Shown here piece after piece: positions 35,301 through 48,179 of a stretch of 64,000 nucleotides of DNA. Where the stretch lies: contig CDRNST010000214.1 in assembly GCA_977016875.1 (NCBI GenBank), positions 3,844,001 to 3,908,000 of the forward strand. Direction: 5' to 3'. The notes beneath the pieces are model-generated. The model saw only the letters and a program-made list of their open reading frames with translations. It was not told the DNA's origin and did not search any database. Each line of letters starts with the position of its first letter. Position 1 is the stretch's first letter. Source of the stretch: Pavona decussata. Taxonomy: Eukaryota. The translations under genes and the position numbers were made by a program.

Positions 35301-38300
35301 CAAACCAAGATCCCAGATTTCTAGTACTCTTTACAGGTTCAATGATGGAGTCCCCAACCATTATAGAATTGATGTTTATTTTGGACAGCTGACCACGAGA
35401 GCCGATAATCAGAAATTCAGTTTTAGAGTCATTTATCATAAGACGATAAGAGACCATCCAGGCACGAATATCAGCGACACACTTTTCAATCGTACTAACT
35501 GCATTATCCTGAGCCAGCTGTGATTCCGGTTTAAAAGAAAAATAAATCTGGGTATCGTCTGCAAAGGCATGTGCAGATGGAAAGTCTTTTCTTATGACTT
35601 CAAACAATTTAGATTACATATCAAATTTTGATATGTTGTAAGCTGAAGGTTTTATTTTATTCACCCTACATGCAGTGATTCTACGTATTCCATGTAAAAA
35701 TCGATAAAAAATCACTTTATTTAAGTGCCAATGTATTTAGGGCGGAGCACTAATTGGGGACACTTTCCAGATCAAATTGGAATTTAGACCTGTTGGATTT
35801 TGAGAAGAGGGGAAAACCGGAGTACCTGGAGAAAAACCTCTTGGAGCAAAGACGAAAACCAACAACAAACTCAACCTACATATGATGCCAAGTCCAGGAA
35901 TTGAACCCAGGCCACATTGGTGGGAGGCGAGTACTCTCACCACTGCGCAATCCCGCTCCCCCATTCCCCTGCTCTTAATTACTGGGTATTTACCATTTTT
36001 TATGGATCATTATTCACTTGATTAAACTAACCCCAACAAAGTAAGTTAGATCATCCTATAATGACTCAAAGTATCTCATTATTATCCACCTAGTCAGTTT
36101 GGTATTAAATTTCCATAATAATCACTGTTATAATCACACCTTCTTCTCTTACTTGATTAACACTGGTCTAACCCCTTCTCCTACCAAACAACTTGACAAA
36201 GTTCCCAGTTTTAGATTTCAGACAAACTTTGGTTTGCTACCCAAACGAAAATCAAGAGTCCCTCTCTGTGCCTGAAAATAAATTTCAACTGACCTTTCAA
36301 CTGTTTCATGTACCATCCCACCCTCACTTGATCCTGTGAATTTCTTGGTCACTCGCTCAACTTCACCCTCATAAACGTATGTGCTGTAACGCAAATAGAG
36401 TTTACTTATTTATTTATTTTACAACAGTAACCAGTTGCAATCCCCCTTTAAACAAATATGTGTAATAAATTATTGAAAATCAGTACAAGATGTTAAAAAG
36501 TATAAAAAGTATAAGAGTTCAGAATCTTCTTTTTGTCCAGTTTCTATATCATGCACTTAACCATACAGAGCACGTTTTGAACATGAACAGGATTTGGATG
36601 GGAAAGAGGGAACTGACCCTTCAAAGAAACCATAAAAAGTCGTTATCACAGGGAGATTTTTAAAAGTTCTCTTAGATAAGCTGCAGCCCAAATTTGGAAT
36701 CAAACTTTGGGTTAAAAGGAATGGCTTGTCCGCTAGTTTGCAACCCACTCAAAATGTTTTGTAGTAGAAGGTAGCTGGAGTAGAAGACAGCAATAGGTCA
36801 TTTCCGAGTTGCTTTGAACTTCGTTATGAAAGTGAGGCTTTGTGTATAATTTTTGTTCATTGAAAATTAGTTTTCATTGATATGCAAACAAAACTAATTT
36901 TTACATGAAAAGCTTTGCACTTCGCCTACTTTCATAAGGAGGTTTAAAGCAGCTCAGAAATGGCCCATTGCCTGGTAGCTGGGGAATTTGATGAAAGGTC
37001 AGTGTGAAGTACACTGTAGATAGCACATGGTAAACAAGCAACTGAAAATAAATATAAATTAATATCTTTTCTGCGGTCTGAGCTTGAGGATGTCTTACTC
37101 CAATCCCTTAACAACAACTCTTAAGCCCTTTACCTTGTTATAAATGTATCTCCCAATTGTGAAAGCTCTGTGTCGCTGTCGCTATCACTGTTATCTGCAC
37201 TCTGAGGCTGAGTACCACGTGGGGTAGTCGAGGAGCGGCGAGGAAGATTAGGAGACGTGTCAATAGTGTCCATCAAAGGAAGGGATATCCTATTCACAAC
37301 ACAAATATATATCAATATCATTAGTTAATTAATATTAATATCAATTAATCATTAATTATTTATCAATCAATAATCTTGCACCGGTATTAGTAGGTTTCTT
37401 TTACAGTTCACAGGTCACTGTGATAACTGTATATAAACAAGTTAACCAGGATCCTAGCCCTTAACTCCACACTAAAAGCTAATTCAGGCCTACAGCATAC
37501 TAACCCTCTTGGTTATATACCAGGGCTCAGTTGTTCGAAAGCTGAATAGCACTGATCTCTGATTAAAAGTTTACCAAGGTTTTTATAAGAATGTTTTTAT
37601 AAGTTAATTTAAAGCTAATGGTAAAGAGAAGTCTAAGTTTAAACTGAGGAACAAAAATATTTTTTAAAGAATCTTTATTGATTAACAATTAAACTCAAAT
37701 CAAAGTTCACGTTAACCAAGGACTAGCTTAATCGGGCTTTGACCAACTGGGCCAAATACAGTTACAGTGACCTTTACTTGGGAACTGTAGAATGTGACCG
37801 GTAAAAAAGACCCGTCCCACACAAGCTGCGAACAAAATCTGGAAAGGGTACCCAAAACTCTGACTGTATTAAATCTAATTTTTTTATGTATAGTACATCC
37901 ATGTATGTTTCCTTTGAGGTCCACAAATAGAAGTGATGATGTCATATCACATGGGAATTAATACATCATGATTCCCAAGTGACAGCCATCTTGAATTCAC
38001 CACCTTCAATTTCATGGTGTCCCCAAAACTTCAGAAAACACCAAAATTGACCAATGACGAGAAGAACACAAAAATGCTCTAACAACATGAAGATTACTGT
38101 AAGAAAGTTAATTTTCATTTCTTTTTATTTCTATTTCTAAAAAGCCTGACTGTCAAAATTTGGTTGCCATGGTAGCATCAAATATAGTGAACACTGACAT
38201 ACCAAACCAAATTGTTTTCAGGTAACTTTTGAAAAAGTCACAAAGTTTGATGGTATTTGCTTAAACGTTGAAAAAGTTATCAAAGTTCAAAGTCGGTGCT

Positions 38301-41300
38301 ATCAGATCCCCCTCCCCTCAGGTGTAAATAAGGTTGATAAAATTACCATTCACAGTCATCAGCTGCCTGTTTCTCACCTTTTGAGGCTTTTCGATAAAGT
38401 TGCCATGTGGTCTTTATCATGTTTCCTGTTACAAAATGAAACGACTTATTGTGTCAAATCAGCAGACACAACAACATTTATTTAATACATGTAAGTAAAG
38501 TGGAATCTTGTTACTGACATCAACCTAGATCAGCACTGTCTCAAACTTAACATTATTAAGTTCCAAACATGCATTAGGTCGACGTCTCAATTAGTAACTA
38601 AAAAAGGTAAAATTAGTCAGTATGGATTGTGGTACCACATTAATGAAATTTTCATGGGATTTAACTTTGCAAATTAATGAAATCCATGCTGTTTTTATTT
38701 TTCAAAAACTAATTAAAAAGAGTTGCTTGAATTTCAATTAAAAAAAATTGATTCTGCAAACCCCCAAAAATCACCAATGTAGTCATTTGCAAAATAAAAG
38801 TCACAACGATTTCACATCATTTTCCGGTGATTAACAGACTATATTTGTGGATTGATTTGTCATTTTTAAGTGAGTGAAAACAAGCAACTGGTTGTTCAAC
38901 GATTACCTGAGACGAACAGATCCAACTAATAACTGTTTTCCTGAAAATAAACAACAACATTTATACACAAATACACTCACTCACCGAAAGAGAGGAAAAA
39001 AGCAACTTGTGGAACCTGTGAATTCTGGAACAAAATGTTGTTGTCGATGGGTTGCAAAGTTAGATTTAAGCATTATTAGTTAATTAGTGCTACATTAGGC
39101 CTGTTAGTGGAGGGTAATAATAATTAAGTTGCAATGAGCCTGTCATTAAGAGCTGTAACATTACAGTAGAGTACTCTCAAGCCACATCATTAATATGCTA
39201 ATCTTGTCTGATCTGCTGCTGTTTCAAGTTGCACATTCAATCAACAATGCAACAATAATATTTATTGTTGCATTGTTGGTCAACACAATAATTTATTGTA
39301 TTGATACTGATCAATGTGAATCACAACAAAACAACAAGTGACTCAAACTTTTACAAGCTGTAGACCTTTTATATCCTTCTTAACTATATGAATTAGTTAA
39401 GCTCATTTAAGGTTCAGTTCATGCATAAGTTTAATGATCCTTATCTATTGTGTTAGCTTAGGTGTCCAGTTTTTACTGATTATTAGGAAACAGAGCTTTC
39501 AACAGCAATTTGTTAAAGGTAAAACAGCAAACTGCTCCAGTATTCACAAAACACACATCAATCAATACTACCCTTGCAGGGAGTAAATATCTTGAGTACT
39601 GAATTCTGTTGGCCTTTAGATCTCCCTGGCAAGGGACTGGCATATTCCTTGGGAAATGTAACAATGACTATAGCCAAGAGCTCTTTACAATTTAAGACTG
39701 TAACATCTCATCAGAAGACTTGGATTGACAAATAATGAGAATACTTCACAACAAGTTTCTGAAACCTCAAAGTCTAGTCTTTTCTTAATTATTATGGAAA
39801 TTATATAAGGGCTGATAGAATAACTACAAAAATTGAATATAAAAATGAAAATAAGAACCTTAATTAAACATTACTTCTGCCTCACTGTGACTTTGAAAAC
39901 TAGATATCAAATGGTATATTAACATGAAAATTAATATTATTAGTACATAAACATCACAAAATTGTTATTCATCTGTCATTGATAAAGAAAAATCTGAACA
40001 ACATCTTACCTGGACTGTTCAACACTGCAGGTCGAATGAGATTCTGTCAATAACAAAACAAGGTTTGTTATGTTATGTCCCAAATGGCCAGCTGAGTGCA
40101 TGCTTTCCTTACAAAATTCTTTAATCTTTTCCTAAATAATGGCCAAGTGTACTGGTGCTATTTACTGTGACTGAATAATAAATACCAAAAACAGCCAGAT
40201 TTTATCTTGGAAGCCAGAGTTGACAATGTGAGATATAAAAAAAAATTTACAAAACTTACCAATTCATCATTTGGAAAACTCTTTATAACTTCAACAACTT
40301 TAGTCTCATTCTCTATTTGCCGAATGTGTTCATTCAAAGCTTCAGCAGTCTGTTGAAATAAATTTAATTATCCTTATTTTCTCAGTGTTGAAGTAGCTTC
40401 CATAGCATGCTCCACTTCATTTATAAATATTTTAGCACAAATATGGTTTCAGATGAAAGGAGTTTCATGATGTATAAATGGCCAGTGACAAAATTCTGCA
40501 GGGAAGGTCCCTGCAAAGGAATAGTAGGGAGTTTTAGCAACGACGACATCAATGGCAACAAGAATGTAAAAAAAAAAACAATAGGCTTAATAACCAAAAC
40601 AACAATTCTGCATGTACATTGCGCTTTTTGGTACATTTCTATGCCGTCTCTGCTTGACTAGGACGTGAAATTTCCCGATGGGACCTTTTAGGGAGGACAT
40701 AAACACGCAATGACAAATTTTTCTTACTCTTTCTAAACTTGGGTGAGGTCTCCAAGAATTCAACTCCAGGAATTGGAATAATCGTGAGGATGTTTCAAAA
40801 AAGGCAAATTCTTTTAATAAAGACGTTTTCGCTGCCACCACCATCATCATTGTTAAAACTCCCTAGTATCCAGTAGAAGGGGAAGAAGTAATACTCCAAG
40901 TCACTTCATTCTGGAATCCTTTGATGTACTAGCATCTCAGCAAGGAGGTGAGGGGGGAGGGGAGAGGGTTAACAACACTCCTAGTTGTTTTATGCTATGG
41001 AAACAGGGTTAAACTCTGGCAGAATTGGGCCATCTTGGCCTAAAGTGTGACTTTACCTAACTTACATGAAGAAATTCTTCATCATGATCCAGCCCTTACC
41101 TTTTGTGCTTTGCTTAGTGCTTCCTTCAAGTTGTCATAGTCAGGATGGTCCTGAAAATGTTTGGAGAAAAAAAGATAAAATAATAGAAATTATAGCAGAA
41201 AATCTACCTGCAAATAACAAGTAGATAATTTATTGTCACGGTGCTCATGCCGCCGGCCAATCAAACACAAAGAAGCATTCCCTTTGGAGTTCTATTACAA

Positions 41301-44300
41301 AACAATAATTTAAATTTGCGCAAAAGCATTCAGCGTTACTGCAATTGTAAAGTGACATTGTAACGGGAAAAGTTAAGTCTGGTGCGAGGATGCCACCGGC
41401 TAAATCAATACATCCATCAGTTTTGTGAGCTGTCAGTTCGCTGCTAATTACTGAGCCAGTCAACAACAGCGAAAGTGGATGGATCGTCGCTGGAATCTTT
41501 GAATTCGGACTCCGAAGGAGAAGCGCTGGTGTTGGAATCTCCACTATCTGGTAGTTCATCAATGAATTCCTCAGCTGGCGAGGCAGTTATTTTCATTCCA
41601 TTCGCCCCAATATCTTTCGACAAGGGTGGTTTTGAAACAACATCTACTCACCTCACTTGTTCGTTTGACTAATTCCTTCAACATGAGTTCATATCTGGGA
41701 ACCCTCTGTCAAAAGCAATTCAAAAACTCAGCCAAATAAAACAAATTAAATTAAGATTTACTTGATGTATATCATGTGTTGTTTATATATCTGCATAGAT
41801 TTAATTAAGACAATTAAATATAAAATACAAAGATCACTGACAGCACACAAAATATATTCATAATTTTGACAACTAAATTTGTAAATAAATATTTAATAAA
41901 TAAACTACAGTTTGGAATAACTAACTAGTGATTAATCCCAGGTTTACCTGTATTGGCATAAGTACCAATGAGTCCAGAGTATGGATGCAATTGACCTAAA
42001 TTGAAAAATTGAAAGATAGACTTCAATATATTTAAATTAAATCATCATCATCACTCATGGTAGCACAACTGTATTTTTGACAAGTACTCTTCTAAAATTA
42101 TTATTAGACAAGTATGAGGAAAGAATATGAGCCCAAATATGATTTGGCTTATTTGACAATGATGATGATGGCGACAAGGGTGATAATGGTGCAAGGAGCA
42201 AGTTCAAATATTAGTCACTAATTTCTCAAAATACTTTTGCAAAGGGTATTCTTCAATGCATTTCTTCAAGAGAAAACCAAACGTTTTATCATGAGAGACA
42301 CCTTAAAACAACTATACCGTCCAGCAAACCCACCTTGGCTAAAAAATTTTTGAACTTCTCATTGGTCCTCTCCAATTTGGCTCTCATCTATTAGATAATA
42401 CTCCTTTCATTAACAAGTTATTACACACTTTAAACCAGTATAACCAAAACAACTGAAAGTTATCTTCAAAAGCGGTTGTGAAGTGACAGAAACAAAAAGA
42501 GTGTAAGGTAGGTGGGTAGGTAGGTCGGTAGGTAAGCAGGTAGGCAGGCAGGGTAGGTAGGTAGGTAGGTAGGTGGGTGGGTGGGTAGGTAGGTCGGTAG
42601 GTAGGTACGTAGGTAGGTCGGTAGGTAAGCAGGTAAGCAGGTAGGCAGGCAGGAAAGGTAGGTAGGTAGGTAGGTAGGCAGGCAGGGTAGGTGGGTAGGT
42701 AGCTAGGTGGGTAGGCAGGCAGGCAGGGTAGGTGGGTAGGTAGGCAGGATAGGTAGGCAGGTAGGTAGGTAGGCAGGCAGGGTAGGTGGATAGGTAGGTA
42801 GGTTACTAGGTATGTAGGTAGCTAAGTAGATAGGTAGGTTGCTAGGTATGTAGGTACCTCGGTAGGTACATAGGTAGGAGGTAGCTATAGGTCGGTAGGT
42901 GGGTAGGTAGGAAGGAGGTACAGTAGCTATAGGTAGGTAGGTAGGTAGGTAGGTAGGAGGTAGCTATAGGTAGGTAGGTGGGTAGGTAGGAGGTAGCTAT
43001 AGGTAGGTAGGTGGGTAGGTAGGAGGTACAGTAGCTATAGGTAGGTAGGTGGGTAGGTAGGTTGGTAGGTAGGAGGTAGCTATAGGTAGGTAGGTGGGTA
43101 GGTAGGAGGTACAGTAGCTATAGGTAGGTAGGTGGGTAGGTAGGTTGGTAGGTAGGAGGTAGCTATAGGTAGGTAGGTGGGTAGGTAGTGGGTAGGTAGG
43201 TGGGTAGGTAGGTGAAGGTAGGTAGGAGGTAGGTAGATAACATAAATAAATTATACATGTGAGCACATGTTCAGGCTTTTTTGGTTATTCATGATTACAC
43301 AACATCTTTGTAAATAATACCAGGCAGTGCCGGTCCACTTTTGGTACAAACGACTCTTCAATGGCTGCATATATAAAGCCTTTTGTTAAGTAAGGTAAAA
43401 GTAAGGTAAAATCTTATTTAGACACGGTGTCTCCTTCAGGACTATACAATATTTAATTTATAAATAAATCTAACTACCTAACTAAATTAATGTTGTAAAT
43501 AACTACTACGATAGGAGAAATGATAAAAACCTGCTTTTTTTTCTCCAGATAACAGATTTTAGAGTGCTTTCTGTGTTTTGTTGGCAGTTAAGTTTCATTT
43601 CTCAAAACAAAATATTATACACATTATTTTGGCCTCTAGACTACTTATTAAGTGATCTGACCCAGTCATACCTCATTGCCTCTCTTTCTTCCTTTAAAGT
43701 ATGGTTCAAACATCATCAGATAAGAAAACTGCAAAAAAAAAAAAAAAAAAAGAAAAAAAGAAAAGATCACTTTTAGTTATTCATAAACTTCACAAATGTA
43801 TATCCGGGAAATCATTCTTCAACCTTCAACACAAAACTCACAAAATTGTGAGCAGAATGAATTCAGAAATACATGTACTAACGTGCGTCAGGTTACCTAC
43901 CATTTCTACAAGAACATCCCCAATCAACGTAGTGTTCACATCCCAGTGAGCTAAGCGTGTTTGAAGTTTAGCTACCAGCTCTTTACTTATAGATTCTAAA
44001 GACTGAGAAAAAATTGCTACTTTCATTAAACATGGCACCAAAGGATGCATCACTGTTGAGGTAATTCAATGACAGTTAAGAAATCCGTTCATCCTGTACT
44101 GCAAACAGTTGGATTTGGAAACAATGGTGAAAAACTGCAACAAATTAGGCTTCCCAATTTTTGCCATGAAAGACACTGCTTAGAGATTTTTAGCAATGTA
44201 TAATTAAGAATTTCTCCACCTTTTTGTAGCGCAGAGTCCAGACTTTCTCCATCATTTTGTAGTGTAGCATGGTGAAACCATTGCTCACAGGGTACAAAAA

Positions 44301-47300
44301 AATTAATGTTTTATGCACAGTAGTAGGCAGAAAAGGCTAAATTCAAATGTGGTCCTGGGGAAAGTTACCATGAACTTAGCTGCAAATATTTGTCTGTAAG
44401 AAACAAAATCATCAGCTGTTGGTACATTATGAGGCACCTAAACTCACCTCTACATTTGCAAACAATTTTTTCAGATCTTCATTGGATATGATACGAAGCT
44501 TCCTGAGTGGTCTTATGTAATGCTAAAGAAAAATAGAGACAGTTATGTGGGCAATGGTGGCTGTTTCAATTTGTAGGAAATTACTAATTATATACAGGAG
44601 TATATCATCCTATAAACCTCATTTTGAAGCAATGGGGAGTGGTGTTCAGCATGTTGCCAGCTATTGACTAGATGAAGGCAGTCTGAGACAGGGTAAAGAG
44701 GACTTCCCACTTAAGCATACTACAAATTGCATAATTTTATATGTTGAATGTGGTTCAAAATACTTTTGGTTTAAAAATTTTCAAACCAGCTTCAATTGAT
44801 TTTTATTTGTCTTTGTCTTGGAGTATGGTAATGATTGAATACTGCACAAAGGAAAATAAAAATTTAATTGGTTTGAAAAGTTTTAAACCACAATTTATAA
44901 ACAAGTCATACGTAACTACGTATACTAGAAATACGTGACTCCCAAAACCTCGCGAAGCTGGGGCTGGGTGGAAAGCCCTCTTTACTCGTATTGTAGCATC
45001 AAACTAGGAGATTAAAAGGCGCATAAGATTTTTTTTTGATGAGCATGGTGTTTTCGTAGTTCCACGGGCTAGTTTGCGGTTGAAAATCTATTTCTGACGC
45101 GACGTAATGTACAGCGGGCGTGCAGCGCTGTCGTGTTCGACGAATTTATTTCCCACGGAAAATTATTTACCGCGGCCACAAAACGTGTAATTTCTTTAAT
45201 GCAATCTTTCACAAAAAAGATTTCTAAAAGAAAGGGAAAAGATTCTGGAGAGATAGTTCTGTATCCAGTGAATATTGATGAACATTGCAGTTGAAATTTG
45301 ATCATGCATGCATATTTTTTTCGATGTATGCAAATTTTGCTCCAGACGACGCCAGACAGTCTGATGTCATTGTGCAGACACCTTCAAAGATATAAACATA
45401 TATATATATAAATGTATTTTTTGCTTGAATTCACGCGGCTTAGCTCCGCTCGGGCCGGCTCGGCCCGACAAATTTATTAACCTCGCTACGCTCGGGCCTT
45501 CGCGAGGAAATCAGTCTAATATTATATGACTGTATTGTTTACTTGATCGCCAAAAACCCTTATGGAAGGATGGGTCAGTAAAATGTGTACATGTGTATAT
45601 ACTTTAGGTCTATAAGATTGTCACAGTACATGTATCTTCTGTCTTAATCAATCATCCAGGGCAGAGTGTGGTCCTAAGAAGACTGCACTGCTCTGGGTGA
45701 CATTTCTGCTGGGGTTGTCGAAACATCAGTCTGAAATGTCACCTCAAACAGTCCTTCTCAGAACTACTCACCTGGATGAGACTATGATATTGTTTTCCAT
45801 TTGGGTTCATTTTTTGTTTTGTTTTGCTTTCATCTTCTTGTGAGTTGTTTTCTTTTTTTTTCTTTCTTTCTTTTTTTCACAATAATAAAATTTATTTTCA
45901 TGATTGTCATTCTGATAACTAAGTGGAGTAGTGGAAGGAGAATGTGTGGGGTGTAGTTATCTGAAATTTGCTCCCTTAAAGGATTGTCAGGTAGATTCTA
46001 CTAGTCTGCTGATCTTGATGGGGTTAAAAAATATTATTAGCACGCTAGGTGCTAGAATACTAACCCCAGACAAGAGATTCAATCCATTGAAATATGAAAC
46101 CTCTGATGTTAGAAGTTCCTGCAGAGAGAAACAATATTATTACACAATGTTTACTATAAGAAAAACATTATAATGTAATGAAAGTTTTCTCTGAACAACG
46201 TGAGATGTACAAGAAATAGAAAACTGTTGGTTGGCCTAGTCTGGCAAGAACACCAACATACCATTGCAGCTCTCGTTCTTTTACGTTCTTCAGATTCTAC
46301 AACGGAACAAACAAATACGAGAAGAAATCTTAATTAAACTGATCATCCTCAAAGGGACAAGTCCATCACAGCAGATAAAACCAAAGGTCAACAGATTAAA
46401 TTGCTGTAATAAGAACTGATGATAAAATGGTGTCCACGAAAATTGCATTTCACTACGTAAATTTCCATAAGGATCTAATTTAAAATCATAAATCATAGCA
46501 CCAGAGGAAATCTAAGGAACAAGAATTTCAAATTACTTGACGTGTTTCCCTACCCCACCCCATGTCTAAAACCAAAAAGCAGCTATTAAATAAATGGTCT
46601 GCAGGATGTAAAGTTTGAAATTCAACCTTATCATGGCCTAAGAGGACACATACAAAACAAAATGAAACAGTTACAACCAGTTGATCCTAATATACAAAAT
46701 AACAAAACAACTACCTTTTGGAAACCTAAAAGAACTCTCAGTAGCAAATTGAGCTAATTAATTTTCCCTACCTTCCCCGTCCTGTCCCATTTTGTCGGCA
46801 ATTATACTCAGCCCATGAAATGAAGTGAACGGCCCTGGACTGAGGCTACCACTGCTACCACTACTCAGAGAATCGTATCTGTCGACGCCATTTTGATTGA
46901 CATCTGGTTGCCGATTTCCCATATCATTGTACTGGTCATCTGTCTGACTTCCTTCAGAGGTCAGATTTGCTCGATCGTTTTCTAAATCAGCTAAGATTTT
47001 TGTGTTAACCTCTTGAACAGGAGAAGATGAAATGAGGTCTTGTGGCACTCCTTGCCTAAAACAATACGTAAATAGGTCAATTACAATCAGTACTTTTTCA
47101 TGAAACTCTTTTAAGGTAAGGTAAAGCCTCACAAGCCTGGTTGACCCCTCTTGTCAAAGTTTCTGTAGCATAAAGTGGCTAGGAGTATTGTTACTGAGCT
47201 CCCCCTGGTTGGGATGCCAGTCCATCACAGCATCCCCAGCAAGAAGCAGCTAGAACTATTGCTATCCCCCCTGGATGGGATGCGAGTCCATCGCAGGTTA

Positions 47301-48042
47301 CGTCCTTAGCACTTAGCCAAGTTTCCCTGACAGCTTGCTGCTACCTATGTCAAATACTCCTGTGTGAAGAGAGGCAACGTAAGAGTCAAGTGTATTGCAG
47401 AAGAACACAATACAATTACCCCAACCTATACTCAAACCTGGACTGCTTGGTCCAGACTCCAAAGCACTTGTAAATTAGTCTTCTCACTACTCACCTAGAT
47501 TAGCTCTAGCTACTTGCGCCCGGGTAGTGTTGTCTTTGAATTTTATGTTAACATTTTTGAATAAACTTGAACTTGAACTTGATCTAAACATTAGGCTACC
47601 ATGCCATCCATAGAAGATCTTTCTGGCCTCCTTTACCTCAGGTGTGATATAACAGTAAATGTAATCTACCTTGCAGGAACTATTTTTGGCAAGGCAAATC
47701 TTATGCAACTTTGCCTATACTGTCACAAATTTCACTTACCATTCAATGTTTTCAGTTTCATCTGAATCTTTCACTACAAAGTTTCCGGGAAAGCAGCCAG
47801 CCTAATGATTATTAAAAAACATTAATAAGCGTAAAATTCAATTTCAGAACATTTCAGGTAGAAAACACGTTTTTAAACTGGCAAAAGTGGCCCGGATGAG
47901 TTGAAGTTAGCTGGTTTGAAAATGCTGTCAGACTCACAGCTCAAGATAAAAAAGTTGGATATTGAGTATCTGGCTACTAAGGGATTACCAACTAAAGTAT
48001 TTGTCTCTGTTTTGTCTCTGTATTTAGTTTATCCTCTCATTA

Positions 48043-48102
<60 letters not shown>

Positions 48103-48137
48103 AATAAATGTGAATTAGGGAGAAATGAAGACTCGGA

Positions 48138-48179
<42 letters not shown>

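Noticed and set aside
36150-36272. Candidate RhoGEF exon with good AG/GT sites
   Set aside because: Stops in all three frames; flanking exons (36293-36384 and ~34406-34448) join in phase without it.
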